A stretch of 64,000 nt of DNA, taken from the NCBI GenBank assembly GCA_963748865.1, contig CAVVLE010000050.1:148360-212359 (forward strand), in the 5' to 3' direction. This document shows positions 35,366-45,522 of this stretch, one piece after another. Position 1 is the stretch's first letter. Every line of letters starts with the position of its first letter. The stretch comes from an uncultured Acidobacteriota bacterium. GTDB taxonomy: Bacteria; Acidobacteriota; Terriglobia; Acidiferrales; UBA7541. Below the pieces are notes generated by a model. It saw only the letters and a program-made list of their open reading frames with translations. It was not told the origin of the DNA and did not search any database. The position numbers and the translations under genes were made by a program.

Positions 35366-35590
35366 TTATTTTAACTTTTCAACGTCCTGCTCGGCCAGGA
35401 CCGGCACGTGCTCAGGATTCATTTCGAAATCCCAGTTCGCAGCCCAGATCGTAAGCTCAAAGTCTTCAGCTTCGGGAAGAAGTTGCCTAGGGGCCTCTTC
35501 AGTTGATTCCGGTGACGCAGCCGGTTCCGTGAGAACTAGCTCAGCCAACATCCTGGCTGCAGCAAAACTGGTTTGCTTGCAGCGCGGCAC
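35366..35590 (-). CDS. hypothetical 74-aa acidic ORF (weak)
   Basis: No domain is recognised. Its first ~17 codons are built from the repeat-family-1 insertion sequence and no clear RBS is visible. It is listed only because gene callers might call it. Confidence 0.25.
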   Translation of the reverse strand: MPRCKQTSFAAARMLAELVLTEPAASPESTEEAPRQLLPEAEDFELTIWAANWDFEMNPEHVPVLAEQDVEKLK

Positions 35591-35660
35591 GAGCTAAGTC
35601 AGCGGCCCGACTTCGGGATGCGCACTACTCAACCGCGATCTTCGTGCCGTGCTGACTAGG
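35540..35660. repeat. dispersed repeat family 1, copy 2, with a 48-nt internal insertion
   Basis: The left arm at 35540..35551 and the core at 35600..35660 match copy 1. They are separated by 48 extra nt (35552..35599). The insertion contains a 10-bp stem-loop, CTGCAGCAAA/TTTGC(T)TGCAG, at 35557..35582. Confidence 0.8.
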
Positions 35661-35873
35661 CTCAGAAAAAACTGGTCAGCAAGACAGCAGGAACAGATTT
35701 GCCCACCAGACCCGACTTCTTCGACCTTTTTTCAACAGCCTTGTTATGAAAAGGACCAACCAATTGTCTGTATAAGCGGAGCTTGTGTGTCTCGCCACGG
35801 CTCGGTAACCGATCAGTGCCAAGGAAATGGCCGTGAGCGACATGCCGTCAAGCCGCCGCCGGGCATTGACCGA

Positions 35874-37808
35874 ATGGAGGTGCAAGTGAGCATCGCACAA
35901 CAGAAAGCGCGGTCCCCCCAATGGACTGGACGATCGCCGAGGCTTTTGGTTTTTCTATCGACATTAGTGGTCATTGCGATGGTCCGGGCCTCAGCGAGCG
36001 GCGGTTCCGCCGAAATGGATTCACCGCGCGTGATCGTTGGGTCCAATATGTTGGTGAGCCGGGACGGAGACATTCCGCACGTGGAGTTAAGCGTGGCGTC
36101 AAATCCGCAGGATCCCAATAATCTTGTCGGCGCATCGATTACGGCAACGCGCCTGGAAGGCGGGTGGGCGTGCAAGGTCTATTCGTCCCACAACGCCGGA
36201 GATTCGTGGGCGGATGCGGTGGTGCCCGAGCAACATATTAATGGAGGCGGAGATCCGCAAGTGGCGTTCGGGCCAAACGGAACGGCGTATTTCGCAGCGC
36301 TCGGCGCGATGAAAGATTCCAAAGGGCGGGACCGCGATGGGCTGTTTGTCTATCGCTCTGAGGATGGCGGCACGACCTGGCACAAGCCCGTGAATCTGGG
36401 ACCAGGGTATGACCACGACGTAATGGCCGTCGATGAGAGCGCCGGGCGGTTCGCTGGACGTATATACATTTCGATTCTTTACGGCTATCCGGTGTATCGC
36501 CTTGGTGTGTTTCGGTCCGACGATGACGGGCGGAGTTTTTATGGCCCCGCCGAATCGGCAAATGGCGGCGGAAAGCTGGGGATCAACACGGCCGCGAATA
36601 TCTTGATTCTGTCGGACGGAACGCTGGTGATTCCGTACGAGGACTTTGAGTTTTTGCCTGAAAAAGTGAAAGAAAGCCACACCCAGAATGTCTGGATTGT
36701 CTCATCGAGTGATGGAGGCGTGACGTTTGCGGCTCCACGCAAAATCGGAACGCAGGAAAGCAACAAAGCTCCCGATGCGCCGATGATCATGACCTTCCCA
36801 AGTTTCGCAGCTGACAACCGTTCGGAAGCCTATAAAGATCGCATCTACAGGGCTTGGACGGATTTCCGCGACAACGAATATCGCGTCTGGTTTTCCTTCT
36901 CGAAAGATCGCGGGACTACCTGGTCGGAACCGAGGAAGATCGACGACAGCGTTGCGAAAGGCACTTGGCAATATCAGCCAATGCTGGCAGTGAACTCGAA
37001 CGGTGTCGTAGGTCTCAGTTGGTTCGACACGCGTGCGAGCAACGATAACCGCGTGTACGATGAGTACTTTGCCGCCTCGCTTGACGGGGGCGATACCTTC
37101 TTGCCGCCGACGCGCGTTTCGTCAGAACATTCTGCATTTCCAGGCAAAGGAAATCTTGCGACCTATCCGGGCGCGTGGAGCTATAAGGGCGAGATTCGGT
37201 TGACATTTTTGTCCGCTGCCAGCCGCTGGCCGATGGGTGGAGACTACATCGGGTTGGGGGTTGATGCGGATGGAAACTTTCATCCGTTCTGGCCTGACAA
37301 CCGGACAGGAACTTCGCTGATCGAAACGGCAACGGTTCGCGTCGAAGGAGCGCCGAAGAATCGTTCGGCGGCCGCCGACGAAAGTGAAGAGGCACCTCCG
37401 GCCCCACCCTCCAAGCCGCACCTGGCGCAAACGGACGTGACGTCGCGGCTCGAGCTTGTGTTTGACCCGGCGAATTTTGATCCGGCGTCCGGTGAGCTGG
37501 AGCTGAGAGTCCGCCTCAAGAACGTCTCCAATCAGATTGTCTATGCGCCGATTGTGGCGACAGTTCAGAGTTTTGGGAGCGGCATGGGCGAAGAAGAAAG
37601 AGAAAACAGCCCGAAGATTCAGAACGCCTCGAACGGCATGGCGGGCGCGGGAGCTACATTCAGTTTCGATCCAGCGCTGGGGGACTCACAACAAATCCCG
37701 CCCGGAGGAGTTTCCGGAGCAGTGATGATGAAGCTGCAACTTTCAAAACCCCTGCGGACTCCCGACATGCACCTCCGGCTGAGCGGATCTCTCGCCGAAG
37801 CCAAGTAG
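35874..37808 (+). CDS. exported BNR/Asp-box repeat protein (sialidase-like beta-propeller)
   Basis: The likely start is the ATG at 35874 (MEVQVSIAQQ...LLVFLSTLVVIAMVRASA, a signal peptide); the ORF itself extends to 35649. Six Asp-box-like motifs are present: SHNAGDSW, SEDGGTTW, SDDDGRSF, SSDGGVTF, SKDRGTTW and SLDGGDTF. Confidence 0.8.
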   Translation: MEVQVSIAQQKARSPQWTGRSPRLLVFLSTLVVIAMVRASASGGSAEMDSPRVIVGSNMLVSRDGDIPHVELSVASNPQDPNNLVGASITATRLEGGWACKVYSSHNAGDSWADAVVPEQHINGGGDPQVAFGPNGTAYFAALGAMKDSKGRDRDGLFVYRSEDGGTTWHKPVNLGPGYDHDVMAVDESAGRFAGRIYISILYGYPVYRLGVFRSDDDGRSFYGPAESANGGGKLGINTAANILILSDGTLVIPYEDFEFLPEKVKESHTQNVWIVSSSDGGVTFAAPRKIGTQESNKAPDAPMIMTFPSFAADNRSEAYKDRIYRAWTDFRDNEYRVWFSFSKDRGTTWSEPRKIDDSVAKGTWQYQPMLAVNSNGVVGLSWFDTRASNDNRVYDEYFAASLDGGDTFLPPTRVSSEHSAFPGKGNLATYPGAWSYKGEIRLTFLSAASRWPMGGDYIGLGVDADGNFHPFWPDNRTGTSLIETATVRVEGAPKNRSAAADESEEAPPAPPSKPHLAQTDVTSRLELVFDPANFDPASGELELRVRLKNVSNQIVYAPIVATVQSFGSGMGEEERENSPKIQNASNGMAGAGATFSFDPALGDSQQIPPGGVSGAVMMKLQLSKPLRTPDMHLRLSGSLAEAK

Positions 37809-37857
37809 GTCGGCCGGGAGTCATTCGATCGAAGAAATTAGAATTCGCCGCGACGCA

Positions 37858-40302
37858 TTAATGTTTGGCCGGCCGGACTACGTCTCCATCGAATACTACC
37901 GCGCCGTCTGAATCCACGGCCATGTTCAGATGCTCGGCCAGAAAATCAAGACGCCGCTGCCAGAAGTCCAGAATGTCCGCCGATTTGGTGAGCACGTGTC
38001 CTTCGCCCTCATAAACTCGGTATTCAGCCACTTTGTTCAAGCGTTTCAGCCCTTCAAAGATCGCGTCCGAGGGAGTCAGGTCGCCGTCGTCCGCGCCTTG
38101 TCCGATCAACAGCGGAGTTTGCACGCGATCGAAAGAGAAAAGCGGTGAGTTCTCGAGGTAGCGATCGTGAAACTCCCAAATCGTGCCGTGCATATTGCCT
38201 TGGCCGTGCTCGTAGTAACCCGTCGCACGCAAGTAGTCGGTGAATAAATCGGGATTGAGCACGGCGGCGGTAATCACGGCGGCTTTGAACCGCGTAGTCT
38301 GCGTAATGAGCGCCAGGACGCAGTAGGAACCGTAGCTCTGTCCCATGACCGCGGTGCGCTCGGGATCGGCGTATCCCTGTTGCACTGCCGCATCCACGCC
38401 AGGAATGACCGTCTTCATCAAATCCTGCATGGGCGTGCCTTCGCCGAGCGGCGTATCGGGAAAAAGAATGGCGTAGCCTCGGGTATCGAGAATGTGAAAA
38501 TCGAACTGCGGATAATCGCCCCAGAATCCGAAGCGATTTACGTAATTTGAGCCCTGCGATCCGCCGTAAACCCAGACGACGAGCGGCAAGCGGAGGCCAC
38601 GCTCATAGTTCGGCGGTAGGAGCAGCGCGCCGCGGAGTTTTTGGCCGTCCATCCCGTACCATTCGATCACTCGCGCAGTTCCCAGGGCGTAATGCTCCAT
38701 GGGTTCGTTGAGGTGGGTGGCCTGATGCGTCGCGCCGGTTTTAGTGTCGAGGATCCAGATGTCGGCGAGATGCTGCTGATCTTTTGCGACAAAAGCGATA
38801 GATGAGGCCGCGTCGGAGCCGTCCAGGCAGAACACGTCGTTGTAGGACCTGGAATCCTCGATGACCGCCGTTCCTTTTCCTGTGGCCGTGTCGAGTTTGA
38901 ATATTCCTTGTTTGCCAGCTTGTGGGTCGTGGGCTACGACCCACAAGGTTTGACCGCCGTCGGTGGACCAGAGAGTTCTACGCTCGTTGCGAGTCACGAG
39001 CGCGACAATTTTGTGTCCCGGAATTTCGCCGACGGGCACGGCCTCGCCGCTGCTGACATTAGTTTTCCAGACCTTATTTACCTGACCGGAGTCCTCATGA
39101 AGCACGCTGACTGTCTGTCCCACGGCGTAAATATTCTGTCCCGAGCGATCGAACAGAGGCGGCCATTCGCCTTCGCCATTGTTGAATGTGGGAGCATCCT
39201 TGGCGTTCGCGGCAAGAACGCGAACCGAGCCATCCGCAACATCGATGAGCGAAATGCCGCCTTTGCCCATTTGTCCGCTGGCGATATAGGCGATGGACTT
39301 GCTGTCGGGCGACCAATTCAATTCAATTCCGTAGTTGAGGAAAACATTCTCGCCAAGCTTGCTGGTTTTGCCGTCGGCGATGGAGTAGGCGAAGATTCGC
39401 CATTGTGACTGCTGCGTGTTGGAGAGAAAACCCATCAACGAGGTGTAAGCGACGTACTTGTTGTCCGGCGAAAATTCAAACCATCCCGGTTTAACTCGCG
39501 GTGCGACACGCGTGACACTTTTGTTCTCGAGATTCAGGATGGCCACATCGCCGAGCGAACGGTTGGTCCAGGCGTTGTCCTCCAAGCTGGGTGACGCGGA
39601 TGCCGGCTTCTCGTCATGCTCATTTTTTTCGCCGGCATTCTTCACGATGACCGAAGCTTGGCCGGGCTCGACCTTGGGGAATTCTCTGCCCGCAAAATTC
39701 TTGGGTATCAGCGCGTTGGCTTGTGCGAGCGTCATGCCATCCGGCAGGATCTTTGCAAGGAGCTTCCTGCCGTCGTTCGACCAGCGCAGCACTTCAAAGC
39801 CAAACATCGCCCGCGCAATCACGCCGGGGAAACGCGTAGCCTTGCCGGTGCTCTTCTCCCAAATCCAGATTCCCGCTTCACCGCCTTCATCGGAATAGAA
39901 AGCAATGCGGCTTCCGTCGGGCGACCAAATCGGAGCCCAGTTGTAACTATCGTGGCTGCCCAGAACGATCGATTCGCCGGTCTTGACATTGGTGATGCTT
40001 ACTTGCTTTTGATAATTGCCTTCCGCCAGCGGGGCGCCCGTGGATGTGAATGCCAGGCCTTCCGGCACAGTGTTTTCGGTGGACCAGGTGTAGGCGATCC
40101 ACTGACCGTCGGGTGAGAATTCGAAGGACGAACGGACGTCGTGGTCGTGCGAAGCGACCGCGATTTTGAGCGGCAAGGGCGCCGCGGATTGCTGAGCGTG
40201 CGCCGGCTTCGACAATGCGATGAGCGCGGCGAACGCGCCACACGCCATCAGCAGGAGTCCTGCTTTGCATCCGTTTTCAAATCCATTCTGGCGATTGGTC
40301 AT
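37858..40302 (-). CDS. exported S9-family serine peptidase (PD40/TolB-like propeller + prolyl-oligopeptidase-type alpha/beta hydrolase), paralog 1
   Basis: The ORF encodes 814 aa. The signal peptide reads LLLMACGAFAALIALSKPAHA. PD40-type repeats include FSPDGQWIAY, WSPDGSRIAF, FSPDNKYVAY and WSPDSKSIAY. The nucleophile is VMGQSYGSY, the Asp lies in GQGADDGDL and the His in GEGHVL. Confidence 0.85.
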   Translation of the reverse strand: MTNRQNGFENGCKAGLLLMACGAFAALIALSKPAHAQQSAAPLPLKIAVASHDHDVRSSFEFSPDGQWIAYTWSTENTVPEGLAFTSTGAPLAEGNYQKQVSITNVKTGESIVLGSHDSYNWAPIWSPDGSRIAFYSDEGGEAGIWIWEKSTGKATRFPGVIARAMFGFEVLRWSNDGRKLLAKILPDGMTLAQANALIPKNFAGREFPKVEPGQASVIVKNAGEKNEHDEKPASASPSLEDNAWTNRSLGDVAILNLENKSVTRVAPRVKPGWFEFSPDNKYVAYTSLMGFLSNTQQSQWRIFAYSIADGKTSKLGENVFLNYGIELNWSPDSKSIAYIASGQMGKGGISLIDVADGSVRVLAANAKDAPTFNNGEGEWPPLFDRSGQNIYAVGQTVSVLHEDSGQVNKVWKTNVSSGEAVPVGEIPGHKIVALVTRNERRTLWSTDGGQTLWVVAHDPQAGKQGIFKLDTATGKGTAVIEDSRSYNDVFCLDGSDAASSIAFVAKDQQHLADIWILDTKTGATHQATHLNEPMEHYALGTARVIEWYGMDGQKLRGALLLPPNYERGLRLPLVVWVYGGSQGSNYVNRFGFWGDYPQFDFHILDTRGYAILFPDTPLGEGTPMQDLMKTVIPGVDAAVQQGYADPERTAVMGQSYGSYCVLALITQTTRFKAAVITAAVLNPDLFTDYLRATGYYEHGQGNMHGTIWEFHDRYLENSPLFSFDRVQTPLLIGQGADDGDLTPSDAIFEGLKRLNKVAEYRVYEGEGHVLTKSADILDFWQRRLDFLAEHLNMAVDSDGAVVFDGDVVRPAKH

Positions 40303-40304
40303 GT

Positions 40305-42899
40305 TTATTCCCCGTCTTTCGCCTTATCGGCGTTCGTATCCGGCTTCGCTTTCGGCGCCGCCAAGAATTCATCGAACCAGGCCAAGAGCCGTTGCCACAT
40401 GTCCGCGATGTTCGCCGGACTTTCGAGCACGTGCCCTTCGCCCCAGTAGCGAACGAATTCGGCGCGCTTGCCCTGACGATAGAGAGCGTTGAAGAATTCC
40501 TCGCCCTGCTGCATGGCGACGTAATCCATATCGCCCTGCATGATCAGCAGCGGAGTATCGACGCGTTCGACATAAAAGATGGGGCTGTTTCGGAGATAGC
40601 GGCCCAAATCGTCCCAGGGAGCGCGGCCCATGCGGGCCTGGCCATTCTCGAAGAGCCACATCATGAAAATATCTTCCTGGGGAAATTCGGTGTAGCGAAG
40701 GCGCGCGTCGAATTGGCCGTAGAGGCTGAACAGATCGGAAAGTCCAGCGAGAGCGGCGGCGGCATGGAATCGATGAGTTTGGGTGATCAGGCCGTAGGTG
40801 CTGAAGCCACCGTAGCTCTGCCCCATCACGCCGACGCGGTCTGAATCGGCCATGCCCATTTCGACCACTTTATCGACCGCGGGAAGCACGCCATTGGTGA
40901 GATCGAGCATCGGATCGGAGGTCACGCCTTCAGCGGAGAGCGGCATACTCGGGAACAGTACAGCGTAACCGCGCATCGCGAAGAGCTGCATGTTCAAGGC
41001 GATCGGATCGTCCAGGCGGCTTAAAAACGGTTTGCGAGCTTCGCTCATCATGCTGCCCGCGTAGACCCAGACGATCATCGGAACCTTGGTGCCCTCTTTG
41101 TAATCGATGGGAAGAATGAGCCAGGCCTTCAGAGGCTTGCCGTCGAGTGAGCGGTAGTCGATCAATTTCAATTTGCCTTCGGCGACGCCATCGAGAAACG
41201 CATTGATGTGCACTACTTCGCCGAATTTGCCGGAATCTTCGCGGCCGGTCCAAAGCCAATCGCCACTGCGGCTGCTGCCGTTGAAAATGAGTGCTCCACC
41301 TTTTTGAGGCCGCGCCGCGAGCACTGCGAACTCTGCAGGCTTCGCTATTGGTTTCAATTCTGAGCTCGAGAGATTTAGTCGGTAGAGCGAGGGCCATTCG
41401 CCTTCGCCGGCGCCGACGATGATGTCGGCCGTCCCGATAGCCTCGGGAGTGTTTTCCTTCGGCCAGACGATTGAACTTATTTTTTCATTTGCCTTCGGCG
41501 TCAAATCCTGCGGGGTTCCATCGACCGGAATGCGCCAAACGTGGCCATCCGCTACGCCGACGAACGTGTCCAGTCCGGCCTCGGCCATCAGCTGGCCGGG
41601 AACCCGTTCGTCTTTCAGTGACTCCGTGATATTTCGAGGTTTACTGCCTGGCGAAACCAGCCACCAATCCGATCGCTTCGCATCGTGACGTTTCGCATAG
41701 AGCAGCAGCGAATTGCGGGAGGACCAGGCAAATGGCGCGGCGTTAGCGCCTTGCACGCGGGCTTGGGACATCGCGGTCTGCAACCCCTCGCCAACCCGCT
41801 CGCACTCTCCGGCGGCGATGCGGCAAAGGAGAGTTACAGCACCGCCTTCAGCCGCGTCGGCCGGATCTTGTGCGAGCGCCAAATGGCTGCCATCCTCCGA
41901 CCATTTAAGCGAGCCCTGCAGAATGTACTTTGCCTTGCCCAGGTCTTCGCTGACGAGATTGCCGCCGCGGTCGAAAATTTTCAGTGAATACTGGCCGGGA
42001 ACCGCCCACGGCAAATGGCCCTTCGCGGGCGTAGAGAAATTCGTCTCCTGAAGAAGCGCGACGTACTTCCGGTCTGGAGAAGAGGTCAGATCGGAGAACG
42101 CCGGCGCTTCGATGAGAGTCTTCGCACTATTCTCCGCATTCTGAACATCAATGAGGATCAACCTGTCCTGAGGATGCTTAGCCACTTCGGAAGGAACGCC
42201 GCTTTCCAGAACGCTGGGAGTGGCTTCCTCGCCCTTCCAGCTCTTGGCCCATTTCTTCATTGCAATCTCGCCTGTCTGCATCTCGACGGACATGCTCATG
42301 GGCCGCTCGTTTTCGGGCAGCGCGATAGCAATGAGCTCGTGATTCGAGATCCAAACAAAAGAATGCGCGCCAATCAGCTCAACTCCGCCGCTCGTGAGCC
42401 TTCGCGGCTCGCCGCCACCCGGCTCGCAGACCCACAGGCGCACGTTTCGCTCTCCGTCGCCGCGCGTGGAGACGAATGCGATGTATTTGCCGTCGGGCGA
42501 CCAAACCGGAGACCAAGCACCCGAGCCATCGCTGGCGCCGTCGGTCAGTTTCCTGGGGGTTCCGCCGGTGGTAGGCACGACGTAGAGATCCGATCGGTCG
42601 CCGCCACCAAGAAACGGCTCCTGATGAAAATTGCCGGCCTTCGGCCGCTGAATCGTATAAGCGAACCATGATCCATCCGGTGATATCACACCGACATTTC
42701 CAAATCCGTCGCCTAACGATTCCAATTTTGAAAGGTCGGCCGGAGTCAGCGGGCGCAGCTTTTCATCGCTGCGCGGCGACTGGCCCTTCGCCGGTGATAC
42801 GAACAAAACAGTCAAGGCAATCACGGCGACGACATGCTCAACCTGCCTGGTGAACTGATCTGCGACCATTCGTACCCCCGGAAGAAACAGCGGCCACAC
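40305..42899 (-). CDS. exported S9-family serine peptidase, paralog 2
   Basis: The ORF encodes 864 aa, with a possible alternative start at 42869 (MVADQF...). PD40 repeats include ISPDGSWFAY, WSPDGKYIAF and SSPDRKYVAL. The nucleophile is VMGQSYGGF, the Asp lies in MQGDMDYV and the His in GEGHVL. It begins 2 nt upstream of paralog 1. Confidence 0.85.
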   Translation of the reverse strand: MWPLFLPGVRMVADQFTRQVEHVVAVIALTVLFVSPAKGQSPRSDEKLRPLTPADLSKLESLGDGFGNVGVISPDGSWFAYTIQRPKAGNFHQEPFLGGGDRSDLYVVPTTGGTPRKLTDGASDGSGAWSPVWSPDGKYIAFVSTRGDGERNVRLWVCEPGGGEPRRLTSGGVELIGAHSFVWISNHELIAIALPENERPMSMSVEMQTGEIAMKKWAKSWKGEEATPSVLESGVPSEVAKHPQDRLILIDVQNAENSAKTLIEAPAFSDLTSSPDRKYVALLQETNFSTPAKGHLPWAVPGQYSLKIFDRGGNLVSEDLGKAKYILQGSLKWSEDGSHLALAQDPADAAEGGAVTLLCRIAAGECERVGEGLQTAMSQARVQGANAAPFAWSSRNSLLLYAKRHDAKRSDWWLVSPGSKPRNITESLKDERVPGQLMAEAGLDTFVGVADGHVWRIPVDGTPQDLTPKANEKISSIVWPKENTPEAIGTADIIVGAGEGEWPSLYRLNLSSSELKPIAKPAEFAVLAARPQKGGALIFNGSSRSGDWLWTGREDSGKFGEVVHINAFLDGVAEGKLKLIDYRSLDGKPLKAWLILPIDYKEGTKVPMIVWVYAGSMMSEARKPFLSRLDDPIALNMQLFAMRGYAVLFPSMPLSAEGVTSDPMLDLTNGVLPAVDKVVEMGMADSDRVGVMGQSYGGFSTYGLITQTHRFHAAAALAGLSDLFSLYGQFDARLRYTEFPQEDIFMMWLFENGQARMGRAPWDDLGRYLRNSPIFYVERVDTPLLIMQGDMDYVAMQQGEEFFNALYRQGKRAEFVRYWGEGHVLESPANIADMWQRLLAWFDEFLAAPKAKPDTNADKAKDGE

Positions 42900-42942
42900 C
42901 GATTCGGTGGCAAACGTCTCGCGCGGCCTTCTTGTCGCCGGC

Positions 42943-45417
42943 TTATTTCTGATCGCTAGTTACCGACGTTGCTTGCAGGTGCTTATCGAACCAGTCGAGC
43001 ACTCGATTCCAGTAATCCTGGACGTTCGGCATGCCCCAGGTTCCTTCCCAGTGGTCTTCGCCCGCGTAGTTCGCGTACGTGACTTCTTTGTTGAGCCGGC
43101 GCAAGGCCACAAAGACTGCGTCGGCCTGCTGGCGCGGTACAGCGTTATCCAACCCTCCCTGGATAATCAGCAGCGGGGTCTGGACGCGATCGAGATAGTA
43201 GAAGGGCGAATTTTCGATGTAGCGATCGCGGTATTGCCAAGGCGTGCCGCCCATTCTTCCCTGGCCGGTCTCGGCCCAACCGATGGCCCAGCTCGAGCCT
43301 TTCTCGTCCATGATCGCGTAATCGCTGATCAGGTCTCCGGGACCCGCGCTATCCACGGCTGCTTTGAAACGGGTGGTCTGCACGATGAGAGACAGCGTCG
43401 AATAGCCGCCGTAACTGTGGCCCATAACGCCCAATCGGTCTGGATCGGCAATGCCAAGCTCAATGGCACGATTGACTGCCGGAATTACCGTCTTGAGCAG
43501 GTCCGACATTGGATTGTTTCCGTGCATCGGCGTATCGGGCAGCAGGGCTGCGTAGCCGCGAGTGGCCAAGATTTGCAAGTTCTCGACGCCCGCGCCGGAA
43601 AGTCCGAAGCGGAACACCGTCTCCGAACGGTACGAGCCGCCATACGGATCGACAATCAGCGGGTACTTCTTGCCTTCCTGATAGTTCGCAGGAAGAAGCA
43701 GGGCGCCATGGAGATGCTCGCCATCGACGCTGTAGTAGTCGATCACCTGAGCCTTGCCAAACGTGATGCTGTCCAGGCTTTTGTTAATGGACGAGACCCG
43801 CTTTGGATCTTTGAAATCCGGACTACTAGCCCAAATGTCTTCGGGATGCTGCGCATCCTGGGAGACGAACACGATCGTTTTCTTGTCGCTGCTGATATCG
43901 ACGCCGAAAATCATGTCGCGGCCGAAGTAAATACTGCGCTCGAGGAGCTTGGTCGCTTTGCCGGTGGAAACGTTCAGGCTGTAGAAGCCTTCGTTCTTGG
44001 TCGCTTCGCCGCGCGCGCCGACGATGAGAGAGTCGCCGCCGAACAACTCCGCTTTGCCGCCGATGGACGGTGAGACGATTTCCAGGACAACGCGGTCTGG
44101 AATCACGCCGGCTACCGAGAAGTTGTGTTCAGCAACGGACGCTTTCCAGACTTTGTCTGTGCCGAGCCGCCCGTAGTTTTCCGAGCTGATCAGATAAAGA
44201 TACTTTCCGGCGGAGTCCCATAACGGGGCACGATGCTCGTCGCTGAACGGCGGATGATCACCGGGCGTAAGCAGTTGCGGCGTGCCACCGGCGGCCGAGA
44301 CAACATAGCAATCGCCTTTGGTCAACGGCCCTGCAGTCAGGTAGGCCAGCGATTTGCTATCAGGCGCCCAGCTAATCGAAATTCCGTATTCCTGCGCAAG
44401 GTCGGGGACAACAGTCTTGGTCGATCCGTCAGCAAACGAGTAGGTTCGCAGTTCGTAGGTGGTTTGCTGGGTGTTTTCCTTGGTACCCTTCCAGTGAGTG
44501 TAGGCCAGCGTTTTGCCGTCCGGCGAAACCCAATACCCGAGCGGCCGGACAGCCTTGACGATGTGTTCCGACTTGCCGCTCTTGACGTCAAAAAGAGTGA
44601 GGTCGGCGAGATAACGATTCATCCAGGGCTCTTCAAGCGGTTGCTTCTCCGGTTTTGCCCCACTGCTACTCGCCGAGGATGAGCCCGGCGTGGACGGAAC
44701 AAAACTTAAAACAGTTGCGGTGACTCCGGGAGGTGCGTCTGGCTTTTTGTCTCCGTCATCCTTCTTAACTGGTCCATATAGTAGATCGGCGGCCTGTTCG
44801 ACCGTCTGGCCCGCCGGCAAAGTCTTGGCGATCAGGTTCTGACTGTCTGGGGTCCATCGCGCGACTTGAAAATTGAAAAATGGGCGGACCACATCGTCGG
44901 AGAGCTGGCGCATTTGATTCGAATTCTTCTCCCAGACCCAAAGATGTGCGGTGCCGCTACGGTCTGAATAGAACGCGAGGTATCTGCCGTCCGGCGACCA
45001 TACCGGAGCCCAGCTTGTTCCTTGTCCTTCGGTCAGATTGCGCGATTCTTTCGTTGCAGTATTGGTGATCCAGACGTCGCATCCGAGAGCTTCGGTGAAG
45101 GCGCCGGTGGGCGAATAGGCGCTGTAGCGCTCGCTGCCCGTCGTTTTCCGCTTGCTGTTGTCTTCTACCGTGTACGCCACCCACGCGCCATCGGGCGAGA
45201 GTGCCAAATACGTCCGGTTCGAGAGGTCCAACACCGTCATGGCCTGCTCGACGCTCAGAGGTGGACTCTGTGTGCCTTTCGCGGCCTTGTCTTGCGGCGC
45301 ACCTGCCGTAACAGTCGCGAGAAGCAGTACGGCCAATGCACAGCAAGTCGCGCCAAGCCCAGCGCCGACCGGTCCGTTCAGCTTCATTCTGTCTCGATTA
45401 GACACTGTCGTATTCAC
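42943..45417 (-). CDS. exported S9-family serine peptidase, paralog 3
   Basis: The ORF encodes 824 aa and has a signal peptide. PD40 repeats include LSPDGAWVAY, WSPDGRYLAF, VSPDGKTLAY and WAPDSKSLAY. The nucleophile is VMGHSYGGY, the Asp lies in IQGGLDNAV and the His in GEDHWE. Confidence 0.85.
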   Translation of the reverse strand: MNTTVSNRDRMKLNGPVGAGLGATCCALAVLLLATVTAGAPQDKAAKGTQSPPLSVEQAMTVLDLSNRTYLALSPDGAWVAYTVEDNSKRKTTGSERYSAYSPTGAFTEALGCDVWITNTATKESRNLTEGQGTSWAPVWSPDGRYLAFYSDRSGTAHLWVWEKNSNQMRQLSDDVVRPFFNFQVARWTPDSQNLIAKTLPAGQTVEQAADLLYGPVKKDDGDKKPDAPPGVTATVLSFVPSTPGSSSASSSGAKPEKQPLEEPWMNRYLADLTLFDVKSGKSEHIVKAVRPLGYWVSPDGKTLAYTHWKGTKENTQQTTYELRTYSFADGSTKTVVPDLAQEYGISISWAPDSKSLAYLTAGPLTKGDCYVVSAAGGTPQLLTPGDHPPFSDEHRAPLWDSAGKYLYLISSENYGRLGTDKVWKASVAEHNFSVAGVIPDRVVLEIVSPSIGGKAELFGGDSLIVGARGEATKNEGFYSLNVSTGKATKLLERSIYFGRDMIFGVDISSDKKTIVFVSQDAQHPEDIWASSPDFKDPKRVSSINKSLDSITFGKAQVIDYYSVDGEHLHGALLLPANYQEGKKYPLIVDPYGGSYRSETVFRFGLSGAGVENLQILATRGYAALLPDTPMHGNNPMSDLLKTVIPAVNRAIELGIADPDRLGVMGHSYGGYSTLSLIVQTTRFKAAVDSAGPGDLISDYAIMDEKGSSWAIGWAETGQGRMGGTPWQYRDRYIENSPFYYLDRVQTPLLIIQGGLDNAVPRQQADAVFVALRRLNKEVTYANYAGEDHWEGTWGMPNVQDYWNRVLDWFDKHLQATSVTSDQK

Positions 45418-45522
45418 GAGCGCCTCCCTTGGAACGCACTTCGACCGGTCCAGCGGTTCGCGGATCGTTTCTAATTCTGCAGCGAGGCAACGGCTTTCGC
45501 AGGAACCCTTTCGCGCTAAGTG

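Noticed and set aside
42907-44073. A 388-aa plus-strand ORF lies opposite S9 peptidase paralog 3. Similar antisense ORFs lie opposite the RND gene (1571..2266, 2085..3065), glgP, the TonB receptor and the anti-sigma gene.
   Set aside because: There is no recognisable domain, no RBS and the composition is atypical. Each is entirely embedded in a well-supported gene on the other strand.
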